In this document: piece after piece, positions 49,591 to 58,652 of the stretch | Position numbering within the stretch: position 1 is the stretch's first letter | Layout of the letters: each line of letters starts with the position of its first letter | DNA from: an uncultured Gemmatimonadales bacterium | GTDB taxonomy: Bacteria > Gemmatimonadota > Gemmatimonadetes > Gemmatimonadales > Gemmatimonadaceae | Assembly (NCBI GenBank): GCA_963707505.1 | Contig: CAVPQB010000006.1 | Coordinates: forward strand, 480,001-544,000 | Direction of reading: 5' to 3' | Length of the DNA stretch: 64,000 nucleotides | Notes under the pieces: model-generated | What the model was told of the DNA's origin: nothing | The model's input: the letters and a program-made list of their open reading frames with translations, nothing else | Database searches by the model: none | Program-made: the position numbers and the translations under genes

Positions 49591-51542
49591 CCAAGTACCG
49601 TATCGCATGCATGCCGGAGCGCAGTGATGAATCCGGCGACGTGATCCGGTGCAGGTGGAGGCGCGGCGAGAAATGGATCCATCACCGTGGAGCGAAGGAT
49701 GACAAGTCCGTCGCTGCCGGCGCGCTTCCAGTCATCTTCGGTACAGACGCCGAGCTCGTGAAGTAATGCCACGATCGCACCATCGTACATCGGCGTCTGG
49801 AATCGTGTTCGAGATATGATGTATTCCGGTGTTGCACCCGGGGTCTCCAGACTCATCAGCGAGTAGATGCGCTCGTTGAAGGCATTTACCGAGGCGAGAG
49901 TGGTGAGTGACGGATGATGAACCGCGTAGCAGATGATATTGATGTCCGGCTGCGGCAGCAGTACCACTCGGAATGGCGCGAGATCCGCCGTGTACAATGC
50001 GTCGTACAGGCGGCGCGCGCCCGCGGCAGTCTGTTCGATGAGATGACCATAGCCAGTCTCATTCAGCGGAAGGACTTTGTGGCTCAACCACACCGCCGCC
50101 GCGGCTGCGCCGGGCTTCGATCCCTCGAAGATGAAGCGTCCGAGGTAGAGATCTTCGGCAGAGTCGAGGCCGGCCGTCGGCGCGAGATAGGGTGGGTCGG
50201 TGGCGACCAACTCGCGCGCGCGTCGTTCCTTGAGCAGGAATGCTCCTGCAGGGTAAGGTACATAGCCCAATTTGTGAGGATCGATCGTGACGGAGTCAGC
50301 ATCGCGCAGTGCGGTAATCGCGCGAACCCATTGCTCGCTGGGCCAGTCGCAGCCGGACGATGCGCGGATCTCGGCGGCCGAGCGCCGCTCGCCGTCTTTG
50401 CGCCACGTTACTGCTGCTGAATAACCGCCATAGCACGCGTCCGAGTGCACGTGGAATGTGACGCCGAGCTCGGCTTCGGCTCTGGACCGCACTGCGAGAA
50501 CCTCGTCGAGCTGGTCGACAGCGGATTCTTCAGTCGTGCCACAGACGGTTACGCACCCCATGATGGGAACGCGTCGGCTGGTGAGAGAACGGATCTGATC
50601 CCATAGCGCCACAGTATTCAGGCGAAAGTGACCGTCGACTGGAATACGGACGATCTGGTTGGAGCCGATGCCGAGTGCACGAACGATCTTTTCCCAGGAG
50701 TAGTGCGCTGTTGACGTTACGAGGATGACACTTGCAGGCAGAGGATCGCCGTAATCCAGGGCCAGCCGGCGCCCGTAATCCTGATAACCGACCGTGGCAA
50801 GCGAGTGATTTGCAAGTGCTACTGTCACGCGCTCCAGCGAGTCCGATTTCCAGAGTGCGCTCCACAGATCGAGCGCGTCCGGCGTGCGGATGTTCAACAA
50901 CTGTTGCAGAGAGAGTGACTCGAGCGGTACAGTCGCGCCCGTCGGTAACGTGACGGCGAGGTCGACCTGGAGATCGAGTGCGGCTCCAGCGGCTGCGAGC
51001 GGAAGGTAGAACACGTTTCGAGCGATCCAGAGTGCCTCGAAGTTTGCTACCGTTCCACCGGAAGTGAGATGTCCCCAGGAGTTGGTCGGATCGTAGCCGA
51101 TCATGCCGGCCAGCTGCGCCGCGACTTCCAGCTCCAGTCGCGAGGTGACCGGCGAGGCCTCGATCGAAACGTTGTTCGGATTGTACAGCATGGTCGCGAA
51201 GAAACCAACCTGCGCGGCGATCGTCTGCTCCGACAGCATGTGCGCGCGATATCGCCCGCTGAAAAACGGGACTCCTCGTTTAAGCTCTGCAAGGAGTCCC
51301 ATCAGCTCCTGCGTCAGCGTTGATACTGCTTCCTCGTACCCCCGCCTTCGCTTGTCCGTCTCGCGAATCGTGAAGCCATCTTCCGGATGATAATTGCGGC
51401 GCCAGAACACATGATCGCGCAACGCCTCGACGATCAGGCGCTCCAGCAGGTCGGCATTCTCGGCGCGAGGGCCCAGGAACCATGCGCGAAGAGCGTCATG
51501 GGATTCTGATGAATTCGGTGTAGGCGTGTCAGTCGCCGTCAT
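49587..51542 (-). CDS. Group II PLP-dependent decarboxylase (tyrosine-decarboxylase-like)
   Basis: TSGGTVANFEALW, HSDACYGG, DPHKLGYVPY, EGSKPG. ATGA overlap with the upstream gene. Confidence 0.88.
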   Translation of the reverse strand: MTATDTPTPNSSESHDALRAWFLGPRAENADLLERLIVEALRDHVFWRRNYHPEDGFTIRETDKRRRGYEEAVSTLTQELMGLLAELKRGVPFFSGRYRAHMLSEQTIAAQVGFFATMLYNPNNVSIEASPVTSRLELEVAAQLAGMIGYDPTNSWGHLTSGGTVANFEALWIARNVFYLPLAAAGAALDLQVDLAVTLPTGATVPLESLSLQQLLNIRTPDALDLWSALWKSDSLERVTVALANHSLATVGYQDYGRRLALDYGDPLPASVILVTSTAHYSWEKIVRALGIGSNQIVRIPVDGHFRLNTVALWDQIRSLTSRRVPIMGCVTVCGTTEESAVDQLDEVLAVRSRAEAELGVTFHVHSDACYGGYSAAVTWRKDGERRSAAEIRASSGCDWPSEQWVRAITALRDADSVTIDPHKLGYVPYPAGAFLLKERRARELVATDPPYLAPTAGLDSAEDLYLGRFIFEGSKPGAAAAAVWLSHKVLPLNETGYGHLIEQTAAGARRLYDALYTADLAPFRVVLLPQPDINIICYAVHHPSLTTLASVNAFNERIYSLMSLETPGATPEYIISRTRFQTPMYDGAIVALLHELGVCTEDDWKRAGSDGLVILRSTVMDPFLAAPPPAPDHVAGFITALRHACDTVLG

Positions 51543-52210
51543 ACGGCTGCAGTGTGAGATACGTACGCCAGCACCGCCCAGTAGTGACAGAAGCTTCCAG
51601 CCATCACGAACAGATGCCATATCTCGTGAAAGCCGAACGTCCGCGGCGCAGGATTGGGCCACTTTGTGGCGTATACGACCGCACCTACGCTGTAGAACAC
51701 GCCGCCCGCGATGATCCAGAGAAAGAACCCCAGCGGAGCAGCGCCAAGCAACGGCTTCGCGACTATCATCGCAGCCCAGCCCATGCCCAGGTACAGCACC
51801 GTCGAGAACCAGCGTGGTGCCTGCATCCACGACAGTTTCTGTACGATTCCCGCCAGAGCCATCATCCACACCGCAATCAGTAGACCGATGCCCAGCCGAC
51901 CTCGGAGCAGTACCAGACACACGGGCGTGTATGTGCCGGCGATCAGTACGTAGATCATCATGTGATCCAGGCGTCGCAGCACTGCCAGGCCGCGCTCCGA
52001 GCAATTGACCGAGTGATAGATCCCGCTGGCGCTGTACAGGAGCACGAGGCTGGTTCCAAATATCGCGAACGCTACTATCTGCCGAGCGCTGTCGTTGGCC
52101 ACGCCATTGAGGAGCAGCACCACCATGCCAACCGCAGCCAGCACTGCGCCAAACAGATGCGTCAACGCATTGACTGGTTCGCGGATCGAAAGCTGATATC
52201 TATTTCGCAC
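51539..52210 (-). CDS. Hemolysin III / PAQR (TrhA-like) membrane protein
   Basis: EPVNALTH, SGIYH, RRLDHMMIYVLIAGTYTP, FHEIWHLFV. Confidence 0.92.
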   Translation of the reverse strand: MRNRYQLSIREPVNALTHLFGAVLAAVGMVVLLLNGVANDSARQIVAFAIFGTSLVLLYSASGIYHSVNCSERGLAVLRRLDHMMIYVLIAGTYTPVCLVLLRGRLGIGLLIAVWMMALAGIVQKLSWMQAPRWFSTVLYLGMGWAAMIVAKPLLGAAPLGFFLWIIAGGVFYSVGAVVYATKWPNPAPRTFGFHEIWHLFVMAGSFCHYWAVLAYVSHTAAV

Positions 52211-52265
52211 GGGGATGCTCCTGGTATCGATGATGCAAGGTAGAAGCCCGGCGTCGCTGGCGGTG

Positions 52266-52324
52266 TCGGTATTTCCCTGAGATGGCGACGGAAGTTCCCT
52301 TATGAAGAATCCGATGATGCCCGA
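52266..52324. promoter_or_regulatory. Three 15-bp boxes, 22-bp period
   Basis: TCGGTATTTCCCTGA (52266), ACGGAAGTTCCCTTA (52288), TCCGATGATGCCCGA (52310), in a divergent intergenic region. Confidence 0.55.
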
Positions 52325-52396
52325 CGGTGGGGTGCCGACCGCGGTCGTAGATTTCATTCCGAGCCGGTTTCTCGCGATCACTTCACACATACCCAT

Positions 52397-52927
52397 ATGC
52401 CGCCGCTAACCTGGCCGTACACTCATCTCCTGATCAATCACTTTCCTATCGTCCTGGTGACCATGGCACTGGTTGCTGCGCTCGGCGGTCTGTTGCTGCG
52501 ACGTCGCGGCCTGTGGCTTTACGCGATGGGGACACTTACGGTCGCCGGGTTGTCCATATATCCGGTGCATTTCAGCGGGGATCAGGCGGACCACACGCTA
52601 CACGATCCGTGGTACATCGCTCGTGGCGCAATCGACGCGCACGACAACGCGGCCGGAATCGCCATGACTATCATTCTGATTGCGGGCGTGGTAGCTGCAT
52701 ACGGATGGTGGCGCGCTCTGCATCGGCGCGATGAAGTCATCCCTGTGTGGATCCGCACATTGGTACTTGCGGGTGCACTCGCAGGTTTCGCGTCGGTAGC
52801 GTACACGTCGTATCTCGGAGGCAAGATAATCCACGACGCTCCCATACTCACGTTACCGACAGCTCCCGCAAACCTTCCGCCAGGTATCGCCACTCCACCA
52901 CGCGCGCCCGGTCACGGAAGCAACTGA
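52397..52927 (+). CDS. DUF2231-like membrane protein
   Basis: HLLINHFPIV, DAHD, TSYLGGKIIH; four TM segments with His residues. Confidence 0.7.
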   Translation: MPPLTWPYTHLLINHFPIVLVTMALVAALGGLLLRRRGLWLYAMGTLTVAGLSIYPVHFSGDQADHTLHDPWYIARGAIDAHDNAAGIAMTIILIAGVVAAYGWWRALHRRDEVIPVWIRTLVLAGALAGFASVAYTSYLGGKIIHDAPILTLPTAPANLPPGIATPPRAPGHGSN

Positions 52928-52959
52928 CACAGTCACCCTGATTTAGAAGTCTGGCGGCG

Positions 52960-53460
52960 TCAGACGCCGCGCGCGAGGCGCACGGCCGCGATTACGATGA
53001 TGATACCGAGCACGGCGTTCGCGCGTGCGAGATGCGAAGCGTGGCGCCGGAATACAATCGCGCGTGGCGAGCCTGGTTTCTGGCGGCCGGCCGCTGGCCC
53101 CAAGATGAAGTCATGGATGGCGCTCACCGCGACCATCGCGGTGACGGCGATGAGCTTGCATGCGAGCGAGTGCCCAACGCCACTGTGCCAGAACGCCGAT
53201 GAAGCCCACACGTCATCCCACTGGAGCCAGCCGCGGTAATACAGATTGATCACGCCGGTGACGATGAGAATTGCGATCGCAGTCCAGCCGGCGGTGCGGA
53301 ATCTCAGTCCCATTTCCCGAAACAGACGCTGTCGCAGCTCTGGAGGCTCGACAGATCGCAGGAGCGGAGCGCCAATAACGGCGAGGAAGAACATGCCACC
53401 GAGCCAGAAGAGAGCGGTAAGTACGTGGATCGTTACGACGGCGTAGTATGTTGCCGACAT
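52960..53460 (-). CDS. CopD/DUF4149-like membrane protein
   Basis: HVLTALFWLGGMFF, VTGVINL, KL..SAIHDF. Confidence 0.75.
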   Translation of the reverse strand: MSATYYAVVTIHVLTALFWLGGMFFLAVIGAPLLRSVEPPELRQRLFREMGLRFRTAGWTAIAILIVTGVINLYYRGWLQWDDVWASSAFWHSGVGHSLACKLIAVTAMVAVSAIHDFILGPAAGRQKPGSPRAIVFRRHASHLARANAVLGIIIVIAAVRLARGV

Positions 53461-53527
53461 GTTATGGATGCGTGTCGCGGGACGATTTTACGTTGCTCAG
53501 GTATGCCATGCAAGATCACACGACACC

Positions 53528-54319
53528 TTACCGAGGCGCAGTGACGTTTGTCACACTTCCGGCGTTGCACGAGGGTCCTGGCGCGACATACGAATCCATT
53601 GTCAGCACGAACGAACCCATGCCGGGAACGGAGCTCTCGATCCGGACAGGGAGGCGGCACCTGTCGTCACTCAGAAATACGCGAATGATTCCGTCACCGC
53701 GGTAGCGTCGCGGGTCATGCACGTGCATTTCCATCAGCGTCGTCACGAAAATACCGGATGATGTCTCGATCGCGCCGCCCGGTGATTCGTGGACTGTGAC
53801 CGGATTGCGGGTCGCGTCGAAGTGGCTGCTGAATTCGTAAAGCGTATCCTTGCCCGGTGGAAGCGTCCGGAGAAAGTAGATGAACGAGAGCTCATCCAGC
53901 GAAGTGCTGGTGATGCTCTCACCGGAACCGCCGTCGTCATCGGTCCAGCGGCGCTCGTCCGGGAGGATCTCCGTCCTGACGTTGCGAGAGCGAAAAAGGC
54001 GACGCTCCTGCTCATGGAAGCGAAGCGACCGGAACGTCGATGGATCCAGCCATGATTCCATTAGCTGAGTTCCCCTGAACGGGCCCATCCCAGCTCTCGT
54101 TTGAGACCGGAGCAGGTATGTCGATGTCCCGCGTACATCCACGGGTCCTTCGACCGACATGGTCGCACGACCGATCGTACCGACGCCACTGACGTTCACT
54201 CGGTAGGTGATTCTCTCACCGGGAGCAAACGGCAGTGGCGTCTGACCGCGAGCCGGCGCGCCGAGCGTAGAAACTATGAACGCTGCGGCGGCCGGTACGA
54301 TGGATTGCAGCCTGTTCAG
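53528..54319 (-). CDS. DUF3108-family secreted protein (probable CTG start)
   Basis: PFAPGERITY, DELSFIYFLR, LSDDRCRLPVRI. The open frame extends to a CTG overlapping the upstream stop codon. Confidence 0.75.
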   Translation of the reverse strand: MNRLQSIVPAAAAFIVSTLGAPARGQTPLPFAPGERITYRVNVSGVGTIGRATMSVEGPVDVRGTSTYLLRSQTRAGMGPFRGTQLMESWLDPSTFRSLRFHEQERRLFRSRNVRTEILPDERRWTDDDGGSGESITSTSLDELSFIYFLRTLPPGKDTLYEFSSHFDATRNPVTVHESPGGAIETSSGIFVTTLMEMHVHDPRRYRGDGIIRVFLSDDRCRLPVRIESSVPGMGSFVLTMDSYVAPGPSCNAGSVTNVTAPR

Positions 54320-55662
54320 AACGATACCGTTCCTTCCACCATGAAACCCTTGATCTTTCCACCATTCCGGATGTCAGTAGTTGGGAAATCGTTGTAGTTC
54401 TGAACCATGTACTCGCCCTTTAGCAGAACTGTCGGAGTGACGAACCAGCCTCCACCAGCCTGTGTTCGGTTGACGTTCACGTCGGTAGGCATTCCGAGGA
54501 AGCTTCCCTTGACGTAGTTGTATCGGCCGCCGACGTACAGCTTGTCATCCATGAAGCGATACAGGCCCTCGCCGACATACTGGTGCCAGGTACGATCTAC
54601 AGACTCCGTGGCGCCTCGTCCTTTTGCCATCTCGGCGTTACCGAAGAATTCGAAGCCCTGATACTTGATGAACGGATTGACGACGACCGCGGTGACCTTG
54701 CTGCTCAGCTTGGGCTGAATCGCACCTGACCATGCGTTCGCGTCCTCGGTGGATGCGGTATTCTCCATCACGTCGTAGTAGCGCGATCCGGCACGATCGC
54801 CGCTGTACAGTGTGTTGTTCACCGAGCGCGATGTGCCGTAAACGGAGCCGGTCAATCTGAAGCGCAGATCGGGATTGACCTGGGTGTCGTAGCCGACCTT
54901 GCCAAGGAATGTTGGCGAGCGCTTCTGCGGTTGAGTAACCTGGCCGTGGACTTCGCCACCCGTAACACCTGCCATGGCCAGGAATCCGTTTGCGCGCACG
55001 TACGCCTCGCCACCGATCTCGGTGGTGAAGGCGTCCATTATGAAGTTGCCGACGAACGGGTTGTACATCGCAAGTCCATTGTCGGTTCTGCGATAGTGCT
55101 CATCGCCGTAGTCCACCTCGAAGTGCCCGACCTTCAACGTCAGGTATTTCATGATGGAATTGAGAACGTCCACATCGATGGGTGATGCGTCGACAAGCAG
55201 ATATCCGTCCTTTACCCAGGTGTCCTGGTGGTGGCGGGACGACAGGTAGGTGGTAACCTCCACACGCATTCCCTTTGCGAGCTGTGCGTTGAGATAGAGG
55301 TTTGCAACGGCGTTGTTGAAACCGTGTCCTATCTGAATGAGCTGGTTGGCGTTGACACCGTTCACCACATTGGGCGCTGCGGTGTTACTGTGCTCGAGCC
55401 CCTGAAATTGCTGCGTGAACGCCGCGCCGAGTCCAATCTTGAAATTGGTGAACGGAGTGGTGTCGTCCTTGGGTGGCTCGAAGACGTTGATGCCGCGCTG
55501 GTCACGCGGGCGCATGTGCTGGATCTCTATGAGTGGAAGCAGTGACGCGCTCGTGGTGCTATCAGCGGCGCGTGTGGCAGGCACGACGTCCTGGGCCGAG
55601 AGCGTTGGGGCAATCGCACCGATCATCGCTATGCCGATCGCGCTAAACAGGAACGGTTTCAT
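54316..55662 (-). CDS. Outer-membrane porin-like protein
   Basis: Signal peptide, alternating beta-strand pattern, C-terminal Phe (VEGTVSF). Confidence 0.7.
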   Translation of the reverse strand: MKPFLFSAIGIAMIGAIAPTLSAQDVVPATRAADSTTSASLLPLIEIQHMRPRDQRGINVFEPPKDDTTPFTNFKIGLGAAFTQQFQGLEHSNTAAPNVVNGVNANQLIQIGHGFNNAVANLYLNAQLAKGMRVEVTTYLSSRHHQDTWVKDGYLLVDASPIDVDVLNSIMKYLTLKVGHFEVDYGDEHYRRTDNGLAMYNPFVGNFIMDAFTTEIGGEAYVRANGFLAMAGVTGGEVHGQVTQPQKRSPTFLGKVGYDTQVNPDLRFRLTGSVYGTSRSVNNTLYSGDRAGSRYYDVMENTASTEDANAWSGAIQPKLSSKVTAVVVNPFIKYQGFEFFGNAEMAKGRGATESVDRTWHQYVGEGLYRFMDDKLYVGGRYNYVKGSFLGMPTDVNVNRTQAGGGWFVTPTVLLKGEYMVQNYNDFPTTDIRNGGKIKGFMVEGTVSF

Positions 55663-55707
55663 TTTCGATTTCCGTCAGGGAGTGAGATTGTATGTTTGAC
55701 GCGCGGG

Positions 55708-56403
55708 TTACTTGTGTGACTCCGGGAGCAACGGACGGACGCGCGATGTGTTCAGGGCAAGCTCTGATGAGAGCTCGGACATTGCGCCAGCAATCGCCGC
55801 TTGTGTTGCCTTCAACGTGAACTTCACCTTCAACTGGTCACCAACGCGAAGCGTCCCGAGCATGAACGTCGGCGGTTTGATACCGAAAGCGCTCATCTTG
55901 ATTCCCTGCTCGGAAGTCGCCGATACGACTCCATCGGATCCGCGCGCTGCGTCGATGGTCATTCGGATGGGATTTTCCTTACCGGCAATCGTGAGCTCTC
56001 CCTGTGTTGCAGCGCTGAATTTCGATGCCGCTGCACTCTCGGCGATCATGTCGTAACTCGTGAGCTTGTATATCACGTAAGGGAACTGAGTTGCATTCAG
56101 AGTCTTGTACATGTTGCCCTCGAGCTCGCCTCCGCACTTCAGGCTCTTCACTGGAATCACCACCTGCACATTCACAATAGGATGCGCGATGGTGTTCAGG
56201 TTTGCGGTTTGATATGATGGATCGACGTCTATGTATGCCTGCATGGTGCTTGTGGTGCAGGTGAACCCATGCAGCGTGGATGTGCCGTCGAAGCTGAGTT
56301 GACTGCCTGGAGCAAGCTGCAGACGTACTGCGCTTGCCTGTGCAGATAATGTGGTGCCAAGCAGCGCGATGGCCGCCGCTGTCAATACTGTCCGTGTGAT
56401 CAT
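55708..56403 (-). CDS. YceI-family protein
   Basis: GTSTLHGF, GELTIAG, MSAFGIKPP..G.LRVGD. Confidence 0.85.
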   Translation of the reverse strand: MITRTVLTAAAIALLGTTLSAQASAVRLQLAPGSQLSFDGTSTLHGFTCTTSTMQAYIDVDPSYQTANLNTIAHPIVNVQVVIPVKSLKCGGELEGNMYKTLNATQFPYVIYKLTSYDMIAESAAASKFSAATQGELTIAGKENPIRMTIDAARGSDGVVSATSEQGIKMSAFGIKPPTFMLGTLRVGDQLKVKFTLKATQAAIAGAMSELSSELALNTSRVRPLLPESHK

Positions 56404-56476
56404 GGCTCGTCCGTTCTGGTGTGAGTTTGTCCTGACTTCACGATCGAACGATATGACCGAGAGCTATCCGTGTCTG

Positions 56477-56552
56477 TCAGTGCTTACCTGATTTGCGGTA
56501 GGGGTAATTCCGATACGCGGATCGTGGGCGTCCATGGTACTGGAATGCCCTA
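56477..56552. promoter_or_regulatory. 15-bp boxes in the divergent yceI/usp promoter region
   Basis: TCAGTGCTTACCTGA (56477), TAGGGGTAATTCCGA (56499, +22), and a weaker TACTGGAATGCCCTA (56538). Confidence 0.55.
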
Positions 56553-56630
56553 CAATCATTCCGGGAACGGCCGACAGACGGTGGGTGCGCGCTGAAGCAG
56601 ATTGCAGTATCACTCACTGGAGGTGCACAG

Positions 56631-57620
56631 ATGTCCAGCTCCGCTTTCTCCGCTGCCGCGACACCGGCGGAAGAATTCCACGGCATCACTCGTCGCGGGT
56701 TGCATCCGGCACTCGATGCTGTGTTTCCACTGTTGCTGGCAATCACCGATGACGAGCGCGCGGCGCCTGCCATCGGCATGACACGTGAGCTGGCGCGCAC
56801 TCACGGTGCGATTCCGACGGTGTTGCGCGCGCTTGGCAGAGATCACGAGACGGAAGTACTGATCCAGCCGTTCGCTGGTTACGTCGCAGAGGGCGCACTG
56901 AGCCCGGAGTATCGTGACGAATCCAGGGACATGTTGCAGAGACAGGTGACTGCCGTGGCTGGTGACGTGCGATGGCAGTTCGAAGTCGCCGATGAGCCGC
57001 CGGTGGAGGCGATCGTCAATCATGCGCGACAGTTGCGCGCCGGCCTGATCGTCATCGGACTGCGACGGCACGGCGTGATGCATCGCGTGGTCGTTGGGGA
57101 CTTGCTTCGATCCGTCGTCCGTCTGGCTGGCGTACCAGTACTTGCGGTTCGGCCGGATCTCGTTGCTCTGCCAAGGCGCGTCGTCGTCGCGATCGACTTC
57201 GGCGAGGCGAGCGTTCGCGCAGCGAGCATGGCACGACACATCCTTGCTGACGATGGCGAAATGCATCTCGTACACGTGGTAACCAACCCGACGCATCAGG
57301 ATTACTCGCCGACGGGCATGCCAGGAACCGGCACCTTCTCACGCGCGATGCGCGACCTGACATCCATGATCGATGATCTGAGGCCTGGGCCGGGGATGAC
57401 AATTGAGTCCCATGTGATCGAGGGCGAGAGAGAGGGGGCAATCGACGGCTTCGCCGAACGCGTTCGCGCCGATCTGCTCGCGGTCGGGAGTGATGAACAC
57501 CCGTTGCTCGACAGACTGGTAAACAGAAGCGTGTCGATGGGGCTTGCCAGAACGGCGCATCGGTCGATGCTCGTGGTTCCTGCCAAGTCCCACGATCACA
57601 ACCCGACGGGCGCTACGTAA
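56631..57620 (+). CDS. Tandem-domain universal stress protein
   Basis: LIVIG..PVLAV, VVVAIDFGEAS, ADLLAVGS..SMLVVP. Confidence 0.9.
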   Translation: MSSSAFSAAATPAEEFHGITRRGLHPALDAVFPLLLAITDDERAAPAIGMTRELARTHGAIPTVLRALGRDHETEVLIQPFAGYVAEGALSPEYRDESRDMLQRQVTAVAGDVRWQFEVADEPPVEAIVNHARQLRAGLIVIGLRRHGVMHRVVVGDLLRSVVRLAGVPVLAVRPDLVALPRRVVVAIDFGEASVRAASMARHILADDGEMHLVHVVTNPTHQDYSPTGMPGTGTFSRAMRDLTSMIDDLRPGPGMTIESHVIEGEREGAIDGFAERVRADLLAVGSDEHPLLDRLVNRSVSMGLARTAHRSMLVVPAKSHDHNPTGAT

Positions 57621-57654
57621 ACACGCTACGTAAACAGCGTAAAAAGGAGGACCG

Positions 57655-58629
57655 ATGAGCACCACAGGAAAGGACTACATGGACGAGCTGGACGCGCTGG
57701 TCGAAGAGCCGTCAGCTGCACCGGAGGCTCTCACGGCATCCGGAGAGTTTGGCGTTCTCCTGGCGCTGACGGAGGACGAGCTTGCGGATTCAGCCGTCGC
57801 CGTCACGCGCGCGCTGAACGAGCGGCGTGGCGCCGGGCCTTCCGCGCTCTATGTCATCGAGGTCGGTACGTCGGTGCCGGAAGCGGCGATCGTCATCGTC
57901 TCGATCGAGGAGGATCTGCAGGATCCGCGAATACGTGAGCGGCAGACGTTGGAGATGCGAAAGACGCTGCACCTGGACCACGGTCCTGCAGCGGCGTGGC
58001 CGCTGACACTCGCAGTAGGCAATGTTGCGCGAGTCGTGGTCGAGCACGCCGAGCGGAGTGGTGCACGGATGGTTGTACTGGGATTGAATCGCCACGGCAC
58101 GGCCGGCCGTGTGATGGGCAAGGATACAGTCCGCGGCGTGATGGCGATCAGTAGTGTGCCGGTGCTGGCTGTACGTCCGGAACTGACGGACCTTCCAAAA
58201 CGGATCGTCGTGCCAGTCGACTTCAGCCGAGCCAGCATTCGCGCGGCGCACCTCGCGCGGCGCATCGTCGATGAACATGGAACGATTCATCTCGTGTTCG
58301 TAGAGCCCTCGACATCGCAGGCCAGGACGGAAAGCGACGAAGCGTTCGAGCTGATTCATGCGCGTGGAGTCGAGGCAGCGTTCAAGGAGCTAGCAGCGGA
58401 GCTCTGGCCATCGGTTGGCGTGACGATCGATACCGTGGTGCTTCGGGGAAGCCCCGTCGCAGAGATAACCCGCTTCGCCGCGGAATGCGATGCCGATCTC
58501 ATAGCCGTTGGAAGCCAGCGGCATCCATTTCTCGATCGATTACTACTCGGCAGCGTAGCCAAGGCTATCGCGGCAGATGCCAGATGGTCGGTTCTGGTGA
58601 CGCCGCCGGACCGGGCCGGCCGTCACTGA
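57655..58629 (+). CDS. Tandem-domain universal stress protein
   Basis: RBS AAGGAGG; IVVPVDFSRAS, ADLIAVGS..LLLGSVA..SVLVTP. Confidence 0.92.
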   Translation: MSTTGKDYMDELDALVEEPSAAPEALTASGEFGVLLALTEDELADSAVAVTRALNERRGAGPSALYVIEVGTSVPEAAIVIVSIEEDLQDPRIRERQTLEMRKTLHLDHGPAAAWPLTLAVGNVARVVVEHAERSGARMVVLGLNRHGTAGRVMGKDTVRGVMAISSVPVLAVRPELTDLPKRIVVPVDFSRASIRAAHLARRIVDEHGTIHLVFVEPSTSQARTESDEAFELIHARGVEAAFKELAAELWPSVGVTIDTVVLRGSPVAEITRFAAECDADLIAVGSQRHPFLDRLLLGSVAKAIAADARWSVLVTPPDRAGRH

Positions 58630-58652
58630 TCGCAAAGCGCGGCGAGCAGATG

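Noticed and set aside
51543..52396. Long N-terminal extensions of the decarboxylase (805 aa) and HlyIII (285 aa) ORFs
   Set aside because: They overlap the neighbouring gene or promoter boxes; better starts are at 51542 and 52210.
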